This document shows, in pieces, positions 1-10,711 of a stretch of 64,000 nucleotides of DNA; position 1 is the first letter of the stretch; the number at the start of each line of letters is the position of its first letter. Source of the DNA: an uncultured Nitrospiraceae bacterium (lineage in GTDB: Bacteria > Nitrospirota > Nitrospiria > Nitrospirales > Nitrospiraceae). The notes under the pieces are model-generated. The model saw nothing but the letters and a program-made list of their open reading frames with translations. It made no database searches and was not told the origin of the DNA. Location: contig CAVPLT010000002.1 in NCBI GenBank assembly GCA_963706325.1, positions 128,001 through 192,000 of the forward strand. Direction: 5' to 3'. The position numbers and the translations under genes were made by a program.

Positions 1-1257
1 GCGCCGGTAGACTCGCGACGAGGTCATCGCATCGTAACAATCGGCGATCGTAATGATCCGGCTCGCAACCGACTGTGTCCAGGGGACGCTTAACTTCGGA
101 TAGCCGGAGAAATCATAATTCATATGGTGCTCAAACGAGGCGGCCGCCATTCGCGCCGGAACATTGTTGATTCCCCGCGATTTGACGAGCGTGAAGACGC
201 CCTCTGTCGGGTGTGACCGCATGATGGCCCACTCATCCTGAGTGAACTCTCCTGGCTTGTTCAAGAGATCCAATGAAATAGCGCACTTGCCGACGTCATG
301 AAACAGCGCCGACAAGCCGAGATCGGCGAGTTCGACTTTCGGGTATCCCGCTCGATTCCCCAGTGCCATTGCGAGGAGTGACACGTTGACGGAATGGTTG
401 TGCGTATATTGGTCATGACACCGCAGATTGGTCAGTCCCAAGAGGGTCGACTCATCTTGCATCATCAACTCGACGATGTTTTGAATCGCGCGTTTGGCTT
501 GTTTGAAGCTGACCGTGCCGCCGGCCCGGGTATTTTGGGCCAAATCACCCACTGCTGCAGCCGCCCTGGCATATCCGCCTTTGGCCAGTGCCTTGGCGTT
601 GTGCGCAGGATTTTCTGTGCCGCCGGACGAGGCCGCCGTGCCTGCGCCATGGGCGCCATCCTGCGTCTGGCTCTGATCGAGGTGTCGGAAATTGAGCACG
701 CGCGGTTCTTCCAGCTCGATACCCTTGACCCCTTCAGTCCTCAGCGCCTCCTGCAAATCATCGAGGGTATGTTTCTCGGGGTCGAGGCTGACAAAGAGGT
801 AGGCGAACTCCCGTAAGTCTTTTGATTCTGCCCCCGACGCGAACGACAGGCCTCCGATGCGCCATTTATTCAGCGCTTCGATAATGCTTGAAAATACCGC
901 CATCTGCTGCGAGTTCATTTTCAAATGGCTGTCACCGAGAAACAAAAAATCGTTCTGCAGTCGCAACACGACGGGGTGGTCTGCGGCCAAGGTTTTGACC
1001 AATGTCAGCATCGAGTCCACCGGCTTGTCGAGTGCCGCATTCGTGCGACCGTGAATGCGCGACGTTTTGATCAGGACGTTCAGTTGCGTCACCAGCTGAA
1101 TCCCCAGCATGGCCAGCTGCTGGTCGAGGATGTCGCCTGCCTCTGACCCTTTGGCAATCTTATTGGCGAGCGACCGTTCGTGCGTGAGGATCGGATGCGC
1201 CGCGTCGACATTCGGACCTGGTTGGGTCGGAGAAGGTGAATCGCTCACTGGCGGCAT
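1..1257 (-). CDS. HD-GYP domain phosphohydrolase (3' end runs off the window)
   Basis: Manual minus-strand translation from ATG at 1257 gives YTHNHSVNV, LFHDVGK (HD) and EHHMNYDFSGYP (GYP). Absent from the ORF track because no stop lies in the window. Confidence 0.85.
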   Translation of the reverse strand, partial: MPPVSDSPSPTQPGPNVDAAHPILTHERSLANKIAKGSEAGDILDQQLAMLGIQLVTQLNVLIKTSRIHGRTNAALDKPVDSMLTLVKTLAADHPVVLRLQNDFLFLGDSHLKMNSQQMAVFSSIIEALNKWRIGGLSFASGAESKDLREFAYLFVSLDPEKHTLDDLQEALRTEGVKGIELEEPRVLNFRHLDQSQTQDGAHGAGTAASSGGTENPAHNAKALAKGGYARAAAAVGDLAQNTRAGGTVSFKQAKRAIQNIVELMMQDESTLLGLTNLRCHDQYTHNHSVNVSLLAMALGNRAGYPKVELADLGLSALFHDVGKCAISLDLLNKPGEFTQDEWAIMRSHPTEGVFTLVKSRGINNVPARMAAASFEHHMNYDFSGYPKLSVPWTQSVASRIITIADCYDAMTSSRVYRR

Positions 1258-1265
1258 CCTCGCAA

Positions 1266-3146
1266 TTAGGAATTTGCGGCTGATGGGGTGTTCTGCCGAT
1301 GCTGACGACTGGCGACCGAGAGAGCGGTGGCGCAGGCCTGTCGAACAGCCGTCCCGCCTTTCTTCTGGCCGACGGTCAGAGCGGCGATCGCCGCCGGCGT
1401 CCCGAGTTTCCCGAGCATATCTGCGGCAAGCAGCGCCAACTCTTCTTTTTTCTTTCGGTTGGTCCACGACCACTCGGTCAACAATCCTTGCCAGTAGGGG
1501 ACAGCGTCATCGACGGCGGTCTGTTTCATAGCCAGATAAATCGCCCGTTTTTCCGCCGACGACCGGTCATGGAATTCGTCCGTTGTGACGAAGGGAGCCC
1601 AGACAGAAAAGGCCGCGCTGAATTGTCCGCTGGCGAGGACTTTCATAGCCGTCAAACGAACCGTTTCGTCACCGTCACCGAGCAAGCCGACCAACTTGGT
1701 CCCGTTGCCAGACGGACGCAACATCGCCAGGAGCCGAAGCGCATCGCGCCGCACAGTCGATTCCGGATGCCGAAGCGATTTCTCTACCGCATCGGCGAAA
1801 CGAGGATCGTGCCAACGCGTGATGAGCGCCAACAGGTTTTTCACATAGACTGGTCGCTTGTCGGTCAAGCCGCGGACAATCGGATCGGCGTTGTCTTTCG
1901 CAATCGTTTGTAACGCTTCCATCACGATCGCCTGATGCATCGGCCCTTCCAGCGCGGCCAATAGGGCGCAGAGTCCAGGGACCGTCTCCTTGCTCATCAT
2001 GAGCAGGAGGGTGAGCAGACCTTCGGCCTTCGCATCGGGTGTTCGGTTTAAATAGGTGCCGATGGCTTTCAGTCGTTCCGGCCTAGCCAATCCTTCGAAG
2101 AGGCCGGCGACCTGTCGCTTGTGAGGCTCGGAAAGGTCCGGACGAACGGCCTCGACATCTTGCAGCAAGGCCAAGACGGTTTCGAGCACCGTCCATTGCC
2201 CGTTGCGAAGGAGTACGTCAAGGACGCTGTCCCACACTTCAAAAAGTTTGGTCAATACTGCCGCGGACTGTTCCGACGCCAATACGGCTGTTAAGACATC
2301 GAGGATATAGAGTGTGGCGTCGCGAGCGGTTTCCGTTTTGATTTCTTGTGTGAGGGTATCGAGCTCGGATTGAGAGACCTCGTACCCGACGACACTGGCG
2401 TGGAAACGTTGGCTTCTGGCGGCTCCAGTTCCAGCGCCCGTTGGCCCGCCGGCTCCGTCCGTGAAGCCATGGCCTTCATCCCCTGGCGATCCCCCAGGCT
2501 TCTCTTTCTCACGGGACGTCATCGCCTGTTCACGGTCGAGAAGTTCGCGAAGAGACGTCACCGATGTATTCATATAGCCCTGAGTCTGCAATTCGAGTTC
2601 ATCGCCTCCGAATCCGGAGGATCGGACCAGTTCTTCTGCGGTAACCAGGGTGATGGTGGAAAGATTTTTTGCCCATAAGCGGGTGACGATATCGTCATCG
2701 TCGTCGTCGTTCGGTCCCTCTTCCGATCCTGTGTCGCGAGCAGAGGTGCCCCACAGGGCATCCAGAAAAAACGAAAGGTCCGCTTGCGTCAGCCCCTGAT
2801 GGAACGTCAATTCTCGGATTCCATCCGAATACATCGTGAATGCGAAGCTGTCGCCGGTGGCATCTCGTTCGGGTTCGTAGACGACTTCCTCTCCGAAGAA
2901 CAATTGGTTGCGCTGGACGAGAAATGCGACGCGGGTGTGATGCTCGAGATGCAGTGTCAGCTCGTCATAAAACTGCTGAAAAAATCGCTGTGCGACGGGA
3001 TTCTTCGTGCCAAATGTCCGTGCGGATTTGGCTGCTTTGTCGAGCAGCTTGAGCAACTGTTTGACGGCGGTGACCTCCGGATCGACACCTTCTTTTACGA
3101 AGGGCGCAATGGGAGCTGCCTCTTCAAACGACTTAGTAGATTCCAT
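1266..3146 (-). CDS. HEAT-repeat-containing protein
   Basis: 626 aa helical ORF with C-terminal repeats such as LRHPESTVRRDALRLL and LGDGDETVRLTAMKVL; 8 bp upstream of the HD-GYP gene. Confidence 0.8.
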   Translation of the reverse strand: MESTKSFEEAAPIAPFVKEGVDPEVTAVKQLLKLLDKAAKSARTFGTKNPVAQRFFQQFYDELTLHLEHHTRVAFLVQRNQLFFGEEVVYEPERDATGDSFAFTMYSDGIRELTFHQGLTQADLSFFLDALWGTSARDTGSEEGPNDDDDDDIVTRLWAKNLSTITLVTAEELVRSSGFGGDELELQTQGYMNTSVTSLRELLDREQAMTSREKEKPGGSPGDEGHGFTDGAGGPTGAGTGAARSQRFHASVVGYEVSQSELDTLTQEIKTETARDATLYILDVLTAVLASEQSAAVLTKLFEVWDSVLDVLLRNGQWTVLETVLALLQDVEAVRPDLSEPHKRQVAGLFEGLARPERLKAIGTYLNRTPDAKAEGLLTLLLMMSKETVPGLCALLAALEGPMHQAIVMEALQTIAKDNADPIVRGLTDKRPVYVKNLLALITRWHDPRFADAVEKSLRHPESTVRRDALRLLAMLRPSGNGTKLVGLLGDGDETVRLTAMKVLASGQFSAAFSVWAPFVTTDEFHDRSSAEKRAIYLAMKQTAVDDAVPYWQGLLTEWSWTNRKKKEELALLAADMLGKLGTPAAIAALTVGQKKGGTAVRQACATALSVASRQHRQNTPSAANS

Positions 3147-3295
3147 ATGATTCTGTCGTATCCTGAGGTCCTTGCTTCGTCAAGAAAATTGTCGCTCCGC
3201 GCAGATGCGGTTCAGACGAAATCCGTATTACCACAGGTCAGATCGCAGGTGAGTCTCACATTGCGCTGCGTCATACGAGACGTTAAAATTCCATC

Positions 3296-3964
3296 ATGAA
3301 TCTTGTTCAGAATTCTCCACTCATTATTTGTTTTGGTGATAGTCTCACTTCCGGATACCAGACACCCAGCCTCGCGCATCCTCACTCAGAGGCAACCCCC
3401 TATGGCCAGGTCTTGCAGGAGCGACTTGGCAACCGAGGACGCGTGGAGATCAGCGGTATCTGCGGCGAGGTGACCGGAGAGATGGTTTTACGCTTTCGCA
3501 CTGCGGTGCTGAATCGTCGTCCTCAGATGGTGATTATTCTCGGAGGAACGAATGACCTGGGATGGAATGCTGATCCTTCCGAGATCATGCGAAATCTCAC
3601 CAAGATGTATGAATTGGCCCGGGCTGCCTCGATTGTGCCTGTTCCTGTGACCGTGCCTTCCATTCGCCTCGAGATGGATCAGGACAATCCTGAGGCCGCC
3701 TCCTGGCTCGTCGAACATATTCACCGCCGAAAGCGTCTGAATGCGCTGATCGCGGACTATGCCGATAGAAAGGGGCTGCTGTATTGTGATCTGTTCACTG
3801 CCACGGCCGAACCGGACTCACTCTTGCTGGCCGAACCCTACTCGAATGACGGGCTCCATCTGACCACCAGCGGCTATGAGCTGTTCGGCCGGTTGCTGTA
3901 CGAGCAGCTGTTCGCTTCTTCTGCGGCAGGTCACCCGGCGGTGTCGGACTCGGCTGGGTCATGA
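3296..3964 (+). CDS. SGNH/GDSL hydrolase
   Basis: FGDSLT, ILGGTNDL and DGLH motifs. Confidence 0.9.
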   Translation: MNLVQNSPLIICFGDSLTSGYQTPSLAHPHSEATPYGQVLQERLGNRGRVEISGICGEVTGEMVLRFRTAVLNRRPQMVIILGGTNDLGWNADPSEIMRNLTKMYELARAASIVPVPVTVPSIRLEMDQDNPEAASWLVEHIHRRKRLNALIADYADRKGLLYCDLFTATAEPDSLLLAEPYSNDGLHLTTSGYELFGRLLYEQLFASSAAGHPAVSDSAGS

Positions 3965-4275
3965 TCGGGGAGGTTACTGATCGAGATTTTGCCAGGGTGG
4001 TTGAGCAGGCCAGGATGCCGGTGCTGGTCGAATTCTGGCAACCGGGCTGCGGTCACTGTGTCGCGCTCCTGGCGCAGTTGGAACAGTTGCAGCAGGACGT
4101 AGCACAAGCGCTGACGATCGTGAAGATGAATGTCCAGGAGAACTTTCAGATTCCGGCTGAACTCGAGATCAGTTCGTTGCCGGCGCTGGCCCTCTTTGAG
4201 GGCGGGGCGTTCGTACGGTTTATCGGCGGAATCGGCACGAAGGATGAGATTCGTCAGCAGCTGCCTCTAGATTAG
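3961..4275 (+). CDS. Thioredoxin family protein
   Basis: VLVEFWQPGCGHC CxxC motif, 104 aa, ATGA overlap with upstream gene. Confidence 0.9.
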   Translation: MIGEVTDRDFARVVEQARMPVLVEFWQPGCGHCVALLAQLEQLQQDVAQALTIVKMNVQENFQIPAELEISSLPALALFEGGAFVRFIGGIGTKDEIRQQLPLD

Positions 4276-4351
4276 GTCTCGGCGATCCAAGACGCGGCAG
4301 GAGAGGTCCATCGCGGTTCACATGAACACTCACCGGGCTTTTTCTCCGCGG

Positions 4352-5896
4352 CTAAAGCACTCGCCAAGCGCGTCCGTCATTCTCTATCATTCGTTCGGCC
4401 TCCACCGGTCCCCAGGTTCCGGCAGAATACTCCGGCAACCAGCGTAGTTTCTGTTGCGCCCAGCCCTCCAAGATCTTAGTGACCCAGGCCCAGGATGCTT
4501 CTACGGCATCGCGTCGCATGAACCGCGAGGCGTCGCCGGTCATGACGTCGAGCAGCAACCGTTCGTAGGCTTCCGGAGACGGACACCCAAACACGTCGCT
4601 GTATTGAAAGTCCATTTCCACGGGGTGGGTTTGCGCGCGCGTGCCTGGCACACGCGAGATGATCCGCAGAGAGAGCCCTTCGTCCGGCTGAATCCGCAAG
4701 GTCAGGACATTCGCCGGCTGGGGATGGGCAGGGTCGGCGTTGAAGAGAATCTGCGGAATGTCCTTGAACTGCACGGCAATTTCACTGGCCCGTTTGGGCA
4801 AGGTTTTTCCCGTTCGAAGGTAAAACGGCACGCCCGACCAGCGCCAGTTCTCCACGAACGCTTTGACCGCCACGTACGTCTCCGTGGTTGAGTTCGGGTT
4901 GACGCCTCTCTCCCGGCGGTAGCCGGGCACGGGTTGATCCTGCGCGGTACCCTCCGCATATTGGCCGCGGACGGTGTATCGCTCGACATCCTTGCCGACG
5001 ATGGGCCTGAGACAACGCAGTACCTCCATTTTCACGTCGCGCACGACATTGGGGTCCAGCGAATACGGCGGCTCCATCGCGACAAGACAGAGCAGCTGCA
5101 ACAGATGATTCTGGATCATATCTCGCAGAGCGCCGGCTTCTTCGTAATAACTGGCTCTCGTCCCGACGCCCTCCGATTCACTGACGGTGATCTGGACGTG
5201 ATCGATATACTTATGATTCCAGATCGGCTCGAAAATACTGTTGGCGAAACGAACCACCATGAGGTTCTGGACGGTCTCCTTCCCGAGGTAGTGATCGATT
5301 CGAAAGATCTGAGACTCATCGAAAACCTTGCCGGTCACTTCATTGATCTGCTGGGCTGAGGCCAAATCCCGTCCCACCGGCTTTTCGACGATAATGCGCG
5401 AGTAGGATGAGTCTGTCGACGGCGGAGTTGCTAGTCCGGCCTGGGCGAGTCCTTCGCAAACCGAAGCAAAGGAACTCGGAGGAATACTCAGATAAAAAAT
5501 GCGGTTGCCGGGCAGCTGCATGTCGCGCTCGACCTGTTCGGCCTTGTCACGGAGTGCGCTGTAGGTCTTGGGGTCGTCATTTTCACCTTGGATATAGAAT
5601 AGGTGGGGTTCGAAGGCCCGCCAGGTGTCCTCGACCAATGCTTGCCGGGAATGTTTGACCACGCCTTCTCGAACCAGATTACGGAAGTCCTGATCGCTCA
5701 TCGGCTTGCGGCCCAATCCAATCACCGCATACTTGGCCGGCAAGAGGCCATCGAGTAGCAGATTGTAGAGGGCCGGGATGAGGCGCCGTCGCGCAAGATC
5801 TCCCGATCCGCCGAATATGATCAGCGTGCACGGTTCGACCGGAGTGATCGATTCAGGGAAGGGCTTGATGTCAACGGGAGTTGTGGGGGAGGACAT
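4352..5896 (-). CDS. zwf: Glucose-6-phosphate 1-dehydrogenase
   Basis: IFGGSGDLA, RIDHYLGKE and RWSGVPFYLRTGK motifs. Confidence 0.97.
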   Translation of the reverse strand: MSSPTTPVDIKPFPESITPVEPCTLIIFGGSGDLARRRLIPALYNLLLDGLLPAKYAVIGLGRKPMSDQDFRNLVREGVVKHSRQALVEDTWRAFEPHLFYIQGENDDPKTYSALRDKAEQVERDMQLPGNRIFYLSIPPSSFASVCEGLAQAGLATPPSTDSSYSRIIVEKPVGRDLASAQQINEVTGKVFDESQIFRIDHYLGKETVQNLMVVRFANSIFEPIWNHKYIDHVQITVSESEGVGTRASYYEEAGALRDMIQNHLLQLLCLVAMEPPYSLDPNVVRDVKMEVLRCLRPIVGKDVERYTVRGQYAEGTAQDQPVPGYRRERGVNPNSTTETYVAVKAFVENWRWSGVPFYLRTGKTLPKRASEIAVQFKDIPQILFNADPAHPQPANVLTLRIQPDEGLSLRIISRVPGTRAQTHPVEMDFQYSDVFGCPSPEAYERLLLDVMTGDASRFMRRDAVEASWAWVTKILEGWAQQKLRWLPEYSAGTWGPVEAERMIENDGRAWRVL

Positions 5897-5922
5897 AATC
5901 TGCGTTTCCGGTAATTAAGGTG

Positions 5923-6816
5923 TCAGCGCCTGACGCTGTGTCCGCCGAAGGCGTTTCGCAAGGCCGCCAACATTTTCTCTGCGAAGGATTCTTCCTGCCG
6001 TGATCGAAATCTCGTGAACAACGCAGCAGTCAAAGTCGGAACCGGCACATCCTTATCGATCGCGTCTTGAATCATCCAGCGACCCTCACCGGAATCTTGC
6101 ACATAGCCTTTTAATTTTTCCAGTTTGGGATCCTGCTGCAACGCGCCGACGGCCAGCTCCAACAGCCACGATCGCACGACGCTGCCGTGCATCCACACAT
6201 CGGCGATTTTAGCCAGATCGAGCCGATACTCGCTTTTTGCCATGAGTTCGAAGCCCTCGGCATAGCCCTGCATCATGCTGTATTCGATGCCGTTGTGAAC
6301 CATTTTGACATAGTGCCCGGCGCCGTGGGTTCCCATGTGTGCCCAGCCCTGTTCAGGCGCCAACGTTTTGAAGATAGGGGTCAATCGTTGAACTGTCTCC
6401 TGCTCGCCTCCGACCATGAGGCAGTAGCCCACGGTCAATCCCCATACCCCGCCGCTGGTTCCGACGTCTATATAATGAATCCCCTTCTTCTTCAGCTCGG
6501 CGGAGCGGCGCGTGTCATCGTGAAAGTGGGTGTTACCTCCGTCAATAATGGTATCGCCCGGTTGGAGCAAGGCCGCGATGGCTTGCACCGTTTCTTCAGT
6601 CGGCGCTCCCGACGGGACCATGACCCAAACGGCGCGGGGAGCCGCCAATTTTGAAATGAGGTCGCCCAGTGAAGAGGCGCCCACACAACCCTTGTTCTCC
6701 GCCTGCTTCACAATTTCCGGGGTGCGGTCGTAGGCCACGACGCGATGCTGTCCCTGCTGCAAACGCGTGACCATGTTCATTCCCATCTTGCCGAGTCCGA
6801 CAAATCCAAGTTCCAT
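5923..6816 (-). CDS. gnd: Decarboxylating 6-phosphogluconate dehydrogenase (short type)
   Basis: MELGFVGLGKMG, GAGHYVKMVHNGIEY, DSGEGRW, LRNAFGGH; start placed at ATG 6816. Confidence 0.95.
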   Translation of the reverse strand: MELGFVGLGKMGMNMVTRLQQGQHRVVAYDRTPEIVKQAENKGCVGASSLGDLISKLAAPRAVWVMVPSGAPTEETVQAIAALLQPGDTIIDGGNTHFHDDTRRSAELKKKGIHYIDVGTSGGVWGLTVGYCLMVGGEQETVQRLTPIFKTLAPEQGWAHMGTHGAGHYVKMVHNGIEYSMMQGYAEGFELMAKSEYRLDLAKIADVWMHGSVVRSWLLELAVGALQQDPKLEKLKGYVQDSGEGRWMIQDAIDKDVPVPTLTAALFTRFRSRQEESFAEKMLAALRNAFGGHSVRR

Positions 6817-6971
6817 AGTTGACCCTCTCTGATGATGCGGCTGTGCAACGACTGATGCTGAGACTGTAAACCCTTGGCGCGTCACCGATATGATTCTGTG
6901 TCGATGCTACCACTGCCCAAAACAGGGACGCCAACAGATGCTTGTCAGTGAACGTAGACGACGCGCTGCCG

Positions 6972-7778
6972 TTAATCCACACGAGGTGGAAGCGGGATAT
7001 CACGGAACAGAGCGTCGGCGAACCGTCGACCGCACAGGAGTCGTTCGTGAAGCGTGGCCGCGCTCAGGAATTGGCCGGCCAGGTCGCCGAGTGCCGGATC
7101 GCGGGAAGCCATGAAGCGAAGCGAATCAACCGGCGCGGTGAGCCAAAGGCCTCGAGTTCGAAAGAAGGCCGAAAGACAATCCTCGAAAAAGACCTGGAGG
7201 AGGTATTGGGCCGTGTTGGGTTTGTCGCGTAAATCTTCGACTTTGCCCAGCCAATGGAAACAGTCCGCTTTCAGACGGATGCGCTCATGGAGACTGGCGG
7301 CCGGGGGGCCCTGGCGGAACCGTTGCGCGGCTTTGGCGATCAGCTGAGCCGCGATCTCCTCGTGGTCAAACAGAATACGTCCCTTACGGAGGAGAGGCGC
7401 CAGACGGGGAGAATAGTCGACATCCTCGGAGACGGTTTTATGCTCGCCATAGCGGATGTCTACCAGCCGGTCGGCGACGCGAATCATTTCCTGCCCGTTC
7501 GCCGGTCCCTTGACCAGGACGATGAGATCGATATCGCTGTGGGCCGTCACGGCGCGCCGCGCTCCGGAGCCCACGAGAATGACACCGACCAAATCACCGC
7601 CGCGTTTGGCGCGCACATATTTCAGGGCGACGCTGAGGGCGTCGTCATAGCCGGGCGGGGGAATCGCCGGGGGCATCTCCGGTGGTTCAGGAATGTCGAG
7701 CAGCTCAGCCTTCAATTCTTCGGAGGAAGGAAGGCCTGGCGAAGACTGAGACGAGGAGGCGGTCAAGTGTGATTCCAT
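6972..7778 (-). CDS. Nucleotidyltransferase (Pol-beta superfamily) domain protein
   Basis: VILVGSGAR...SDIDLIVLV motif followed by a helical C-terminal domain; start approximate. Confidence 0.75.
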   Translation of the reverse strand: MESHLTASSSQSSPGLPSSEELKAELLDIPEPPEMPPAIPPPGYDDALSVALKYVRAKRGGDLVGVILVGSGARRAVTAHSDIDLIVLVKGPANGQEMIRVADRLVDIRYGEHKTVSEDVDYSPRLAPLLRKGRILFDHEEIAAQLIAKAAQRFRQGPPAASLHERIRLKADCFHWLGKVEDLRDKPNTAQYLLQVFFEDCLSAFFRTRGLWLTAPVDSLRFMASRDPALGDLAGQFLSAATLHERLLCGRRFADALFRDIPLPPRVD

Positions 7779-7803
7779 GGATAATCGTTGTGTCCTAGAC
7801 GTG

Positions 7804-8031
7804 TCAGGTGGCTTGCACACGTTGAATATGTTGTTCAAGAGTGCCGAGCCATTGGTCGAAAGGTTGCTCGGCATCGACGACAATCTCAAGCTTGCCATTG
7901 GGGAGTTTGCGGACTACGCCCGGAGTTTCCGGGGAGAGGGGAATCTCCACCCATTCACGATTGAGGCCCAAAGCATCTGTCAAGTCAAGAATCCGGCTGA
8001 TCTGTTGAAACGAAACCGCGTCGAGCGTCAC
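7804..8031 (-). CDS. Small hypothetical protein
   Basis: 75 aa protein-like ORF between ltaE and the NTase gene, same strand. Confidence 0.65.
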   Translation of the reverse strand: MTLDAVSFQQISRILDLTDALGLNREWVEIPLSPETPGVVRKLPNGKLEIVVDAEQPFDQWLGTLEQHIQRVQAT

Positions 8032-8106
8032 GCATACCTCTCACTGTTGTCCGGTGTGAGGGCATTTTAGGAGGGGGCCGGCGGCCTGTCAATGCGAGGA
8101 ACGCCG

Positions 8107-9138
8107 TTACGAGCGAAGGGTATGCCCGACAATGTCCGCCGCACGCTCGATGGCATCGGCTGACACATCCAGATGTGTGACTGCGCGACATGTTTTTCCG
8201 CCGACAGCGTTCACAAGCACGCCTTCCCGCTTGAGCGTCGCGACGAACGCCGGCATTGAGAGCCGTGAACTGTGCACATCGAAAAACAAAATGTTCGTCT
8301 CGACCGCACCGGGATTGATAGAGACGGAAGGAATCTGCGCCAGCAGCGCGGCGAGCCGCTGTGCATTCGCATGATCCTCCGCCAGGCGTTCAATATTATG
8401 CTCCAGTGCATACAGGCCCGCAGCAGCGAGGATACCGGCTTGGCGCATGGCGCCCCCATACATTCGGCGGAACCGTCGCAGGCGTGCCAATAGCCCTTCA
8501 TCGTCCGTAGCAATCAACGAGCCCACCGGCGCGCCAAGTCCTTTTGAGAGACAAAAGGTGACCGTCTCAAAGTGCCGGGCATAGTCTGCTGCGGAGGTCC
8601 CCGAGGTCACCACGGCATTGAAAAGCCGAGCCCCGTCCAGGTGCATGGGAATGTTATAGGTGGAAGCCACTGCGCGGATGTCCTGGATCGATGCAAGCGG
8701 ATAGATCGTCCCGCCTCCGGCATTGTGGGTGTTTTCGAGACAGATCAGCGCGGTCTGAATGCTGTAGGCATCTTTGGGGCGGATGGCGTCCTCAACCTGC
8801 TCGGCAGTCATAAGCCCTTGCGCACCGTTCACCCCATGCAATTGCACACCGGCCAGCGCCGCCGCGGCGCCCTGTTCATACCGCACGATGTGTGAGTGAC
8901 GCTCAACGATCACTTCACGTCCTGGTTCCGTTTGCGCGCGCAGGCAAAGTTGATTCCCCAGCGTGCCGGACGGCACGAAGAGCGCGGCTTTTTTCCCGAC
9001 GAGTGTCGCGCCGCGCGCCTGAAGTTGATTCACGGTGGGATCTTCCCCATACACATCGTCGCCTACCTCGGCGCGCGCCATGGCTTCGCGCATGGCCGGA
9101 GAGGGCCTAGTGACGGTATCGCTTCGGAGATCGATCAT
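8107..9138 (-). CDS. ltaE: Low-specificity L-threonine aldolase
   Basis: [43 protein letters not shown] (PLP lysine). Confidence 0.95.
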   Translation of the reverse strand: MIDLRSDTVTRPSPAMREAMARAEVGDDVYGEDPTVNQLQARGATLVGKKAALFVPSGTLGNQLCLRAQTEPGREVIVERHSHIVRYEQGAAAALAGVQLHGVNGAQGLMTAEQVEDAIRPKDAYSIQTALICLENTHNAGGGTIYPLASIQDIRAVASTYNIPMHLDGARLFNAVVTSGTSAADYARHFETVTFCLSKGLGAPVGSLIATDDEGLLARLRRFRRMYGGAMRQAGILAAAGLYALEHNIERLAEDHANAQRLAALLAQIPSVSINPGAVETNILFFDVHSSRLSMPAFVATLKREGVLVNAVGGKTCRAVTHLDVSADAIERAADIVGHTLRS

Positions 9139-9251
9139 GGGATTGAAGATGCTCTGCACAGAATAAGTTAGCCCCAGCATTGTGGCGGATCAGCGGCGTT
9201 CTAGCAAATTTTTCTTCCGCCGGTGATACACTGCCACTCACTTGGAGTCGC

Positions 9252-10601
9252 ATGGAGCGATTGCGTCGATCAGTTGCCCGTTTCATACAGGCCGAGCCGC
9301 AGGAACTGCGGCCGTTGGCCTGGTCATTCGGCTATTTCTTCTGCCTCCTCTGTGGGTACTACATTCTTCGTCCTGTACGCGACGAAATGGCCATTCAGGG
9401 CGGTGTCCACAATCTGCCTTGGATGATGACCGGCACGTTTGTGACTCTGCTGGCGGTGACGCCTTTGTTCGGCTGGCTGTCGGCTCGCTATTCTCGCCAC
9501 CGTCTTCTGCTCGCGGTCTACGGTTTCTTCATCGTGAATCTCATCGCCTTATATTTCCTGATGACGAGTCAACTGTACATCGAGTGGGTCGCGCGCGGTT
9601 TCTTCGTCTGGCTCTCGGTGTTCAACCTTTTCGTGGTGTCGATCTTCTGGAGCTTCATGGCTGATCTCTTCACGCCGGCGCAGGGCGCGCGCCTCTTTGG
9701 CGTGATTGCGGCAGGCGGAAGTACCGGCGCGTTGTTCGGTCCCCTGCTCACTACCGGCCTGACCTATCTGCTCCCGGTTCCTGTGCTCATGCTGGTCTCG
9801 GCCGTCTTTTTGTCTGCCTGCACTGGATGCATCTACAAACTGGAGGCCTGGAGTCGCACTCGGTCCCTGTCTCATGAGGAGAATATCGGGGAACCATTGG
9901 GCGGCCAGCTGCTGGCTGGCATTCGCTTGGTGTGGGCGTCGTCCTATTTGCTCGGTATCTGCGGATATCTCTCGCTCCTGACCATGACGGCCACGTTCCT
10001 CTATCTCGAACAGGTGCGTTTAGTGGCCGAACATTTCTCGACGCCGGAAGCCCGAACGCGTTTGTTCTCGACGTTGGATTTTGCCACCAATGTCCTCACG
10101 TGGCTGACCCAGATCCTCATCACGAACCGACTGGTCGGCCGGTTTGGTTTGATCGCTCCGCTGCTGTTTCTTCCGCTCCTCAGTCTGGTCGGTTTCCTAG
10201 GCATTGCCCTGTGGCCAGGACTGGCGATGTATGTGAGTTTTTCCGTCCTGCGGCGAGTCGGGGAGTATGCGTTATCGAAACCGGCTCGCGAGGTGCTGTT
10301 CACGGTGGTCAGTCGCGAAGAAAAATACAAGGCGAAGAATTTCATCGACACGGCCGTTTCGCGCGGAGGCGACGCCTCTACCGGATGGTTGGTATCTGGA
10401 ATCAAACTCCTCGGTGTGACCACAACCCAGATGGCCTGGGTCCTCATCCCGCTCATGTTGCTTTGGGCCTGGCTGGGCCGCTGGCTTGCCGCCTCCCACA
10501 GTGCGCAGGTTCGCAAGTGTTTTCCTTATGCACTCTCTCACGAGAACCGGCTGGACGGGAGGGAGGCTCTCTTTGACTCGCAAAAAAATCGCATGGTATA
10601 G
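9252..10601 (+). CDS. MFS transporter, NTP/NDP exchange (TLC)-like family
   Basis: Many TM segments; YYILRPVRD, FWSFMADLF, KYKAKNFIDT. Confidence 0.8.
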   Translation: MERLRRSVARFIQAEPQELRPLAWSFGYFFCLLCGYYILRPVRDEMAIQGGVHNLPWMMTGTFVTLLAVTPLFGWLSARYSRHRLLLAVYGFFIVNLIALYFLMTSQLYIEWVARGFFVWLSVFNLFVVSIFWSFMADLFTPAQGARLFGVIAAGGSTGALFGPLLTTGLTYLLPVPVLMLVSAVFLSACTGCIYKLEAWSRTRSLSHEENIGEPLGGQLLAGIRLVWASSYLLGICGYLSLLTMTATFLYLEQVRLVAEHFSTPEARTRLFSTLDFATNVLTWLTQILITNRLVGRFGLIAPLLFLPLLSLVGFLGIALWPGLAMYVSFSVLRRVGEYALSKPAREVLFTVVSREEKYKAKNFIDTAVSRGGDASTGWLVSGIKLLGVTTTQMAWVLIPLMLLWAWLGRWLAASHSAQVRKCFPYALSHENRLDGREALFDSQKNRMV

Positions 10602-10602
10602 T
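10573..10602 (+). promoter_or_regulatory. Putative sigma70 promoter for the proA-like gene
   Basis: TTGACT-18 nt-TATAGT with TG extended -10, about 110 bp upstream of ATG 10712. Confidence 0.5.
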
Positions 10603-10711
10603 CCTGCCCGGCAGCAATCAGTCGGGTATTTCAGTCATCTATCGTTGGGACATGGGCGGATTGTCGCCGCGCCAAGGTCCCCCACTCACCAGATTACTAC
10701 ACAGGAACACC

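Noticed and set aside
394..2678. Plus-strand ORFs such as 394..816 and 1299..1913
   Set aside because: Antisense shadows of the HD-GYP and HEAT genes, typical of GC-rich DNA.
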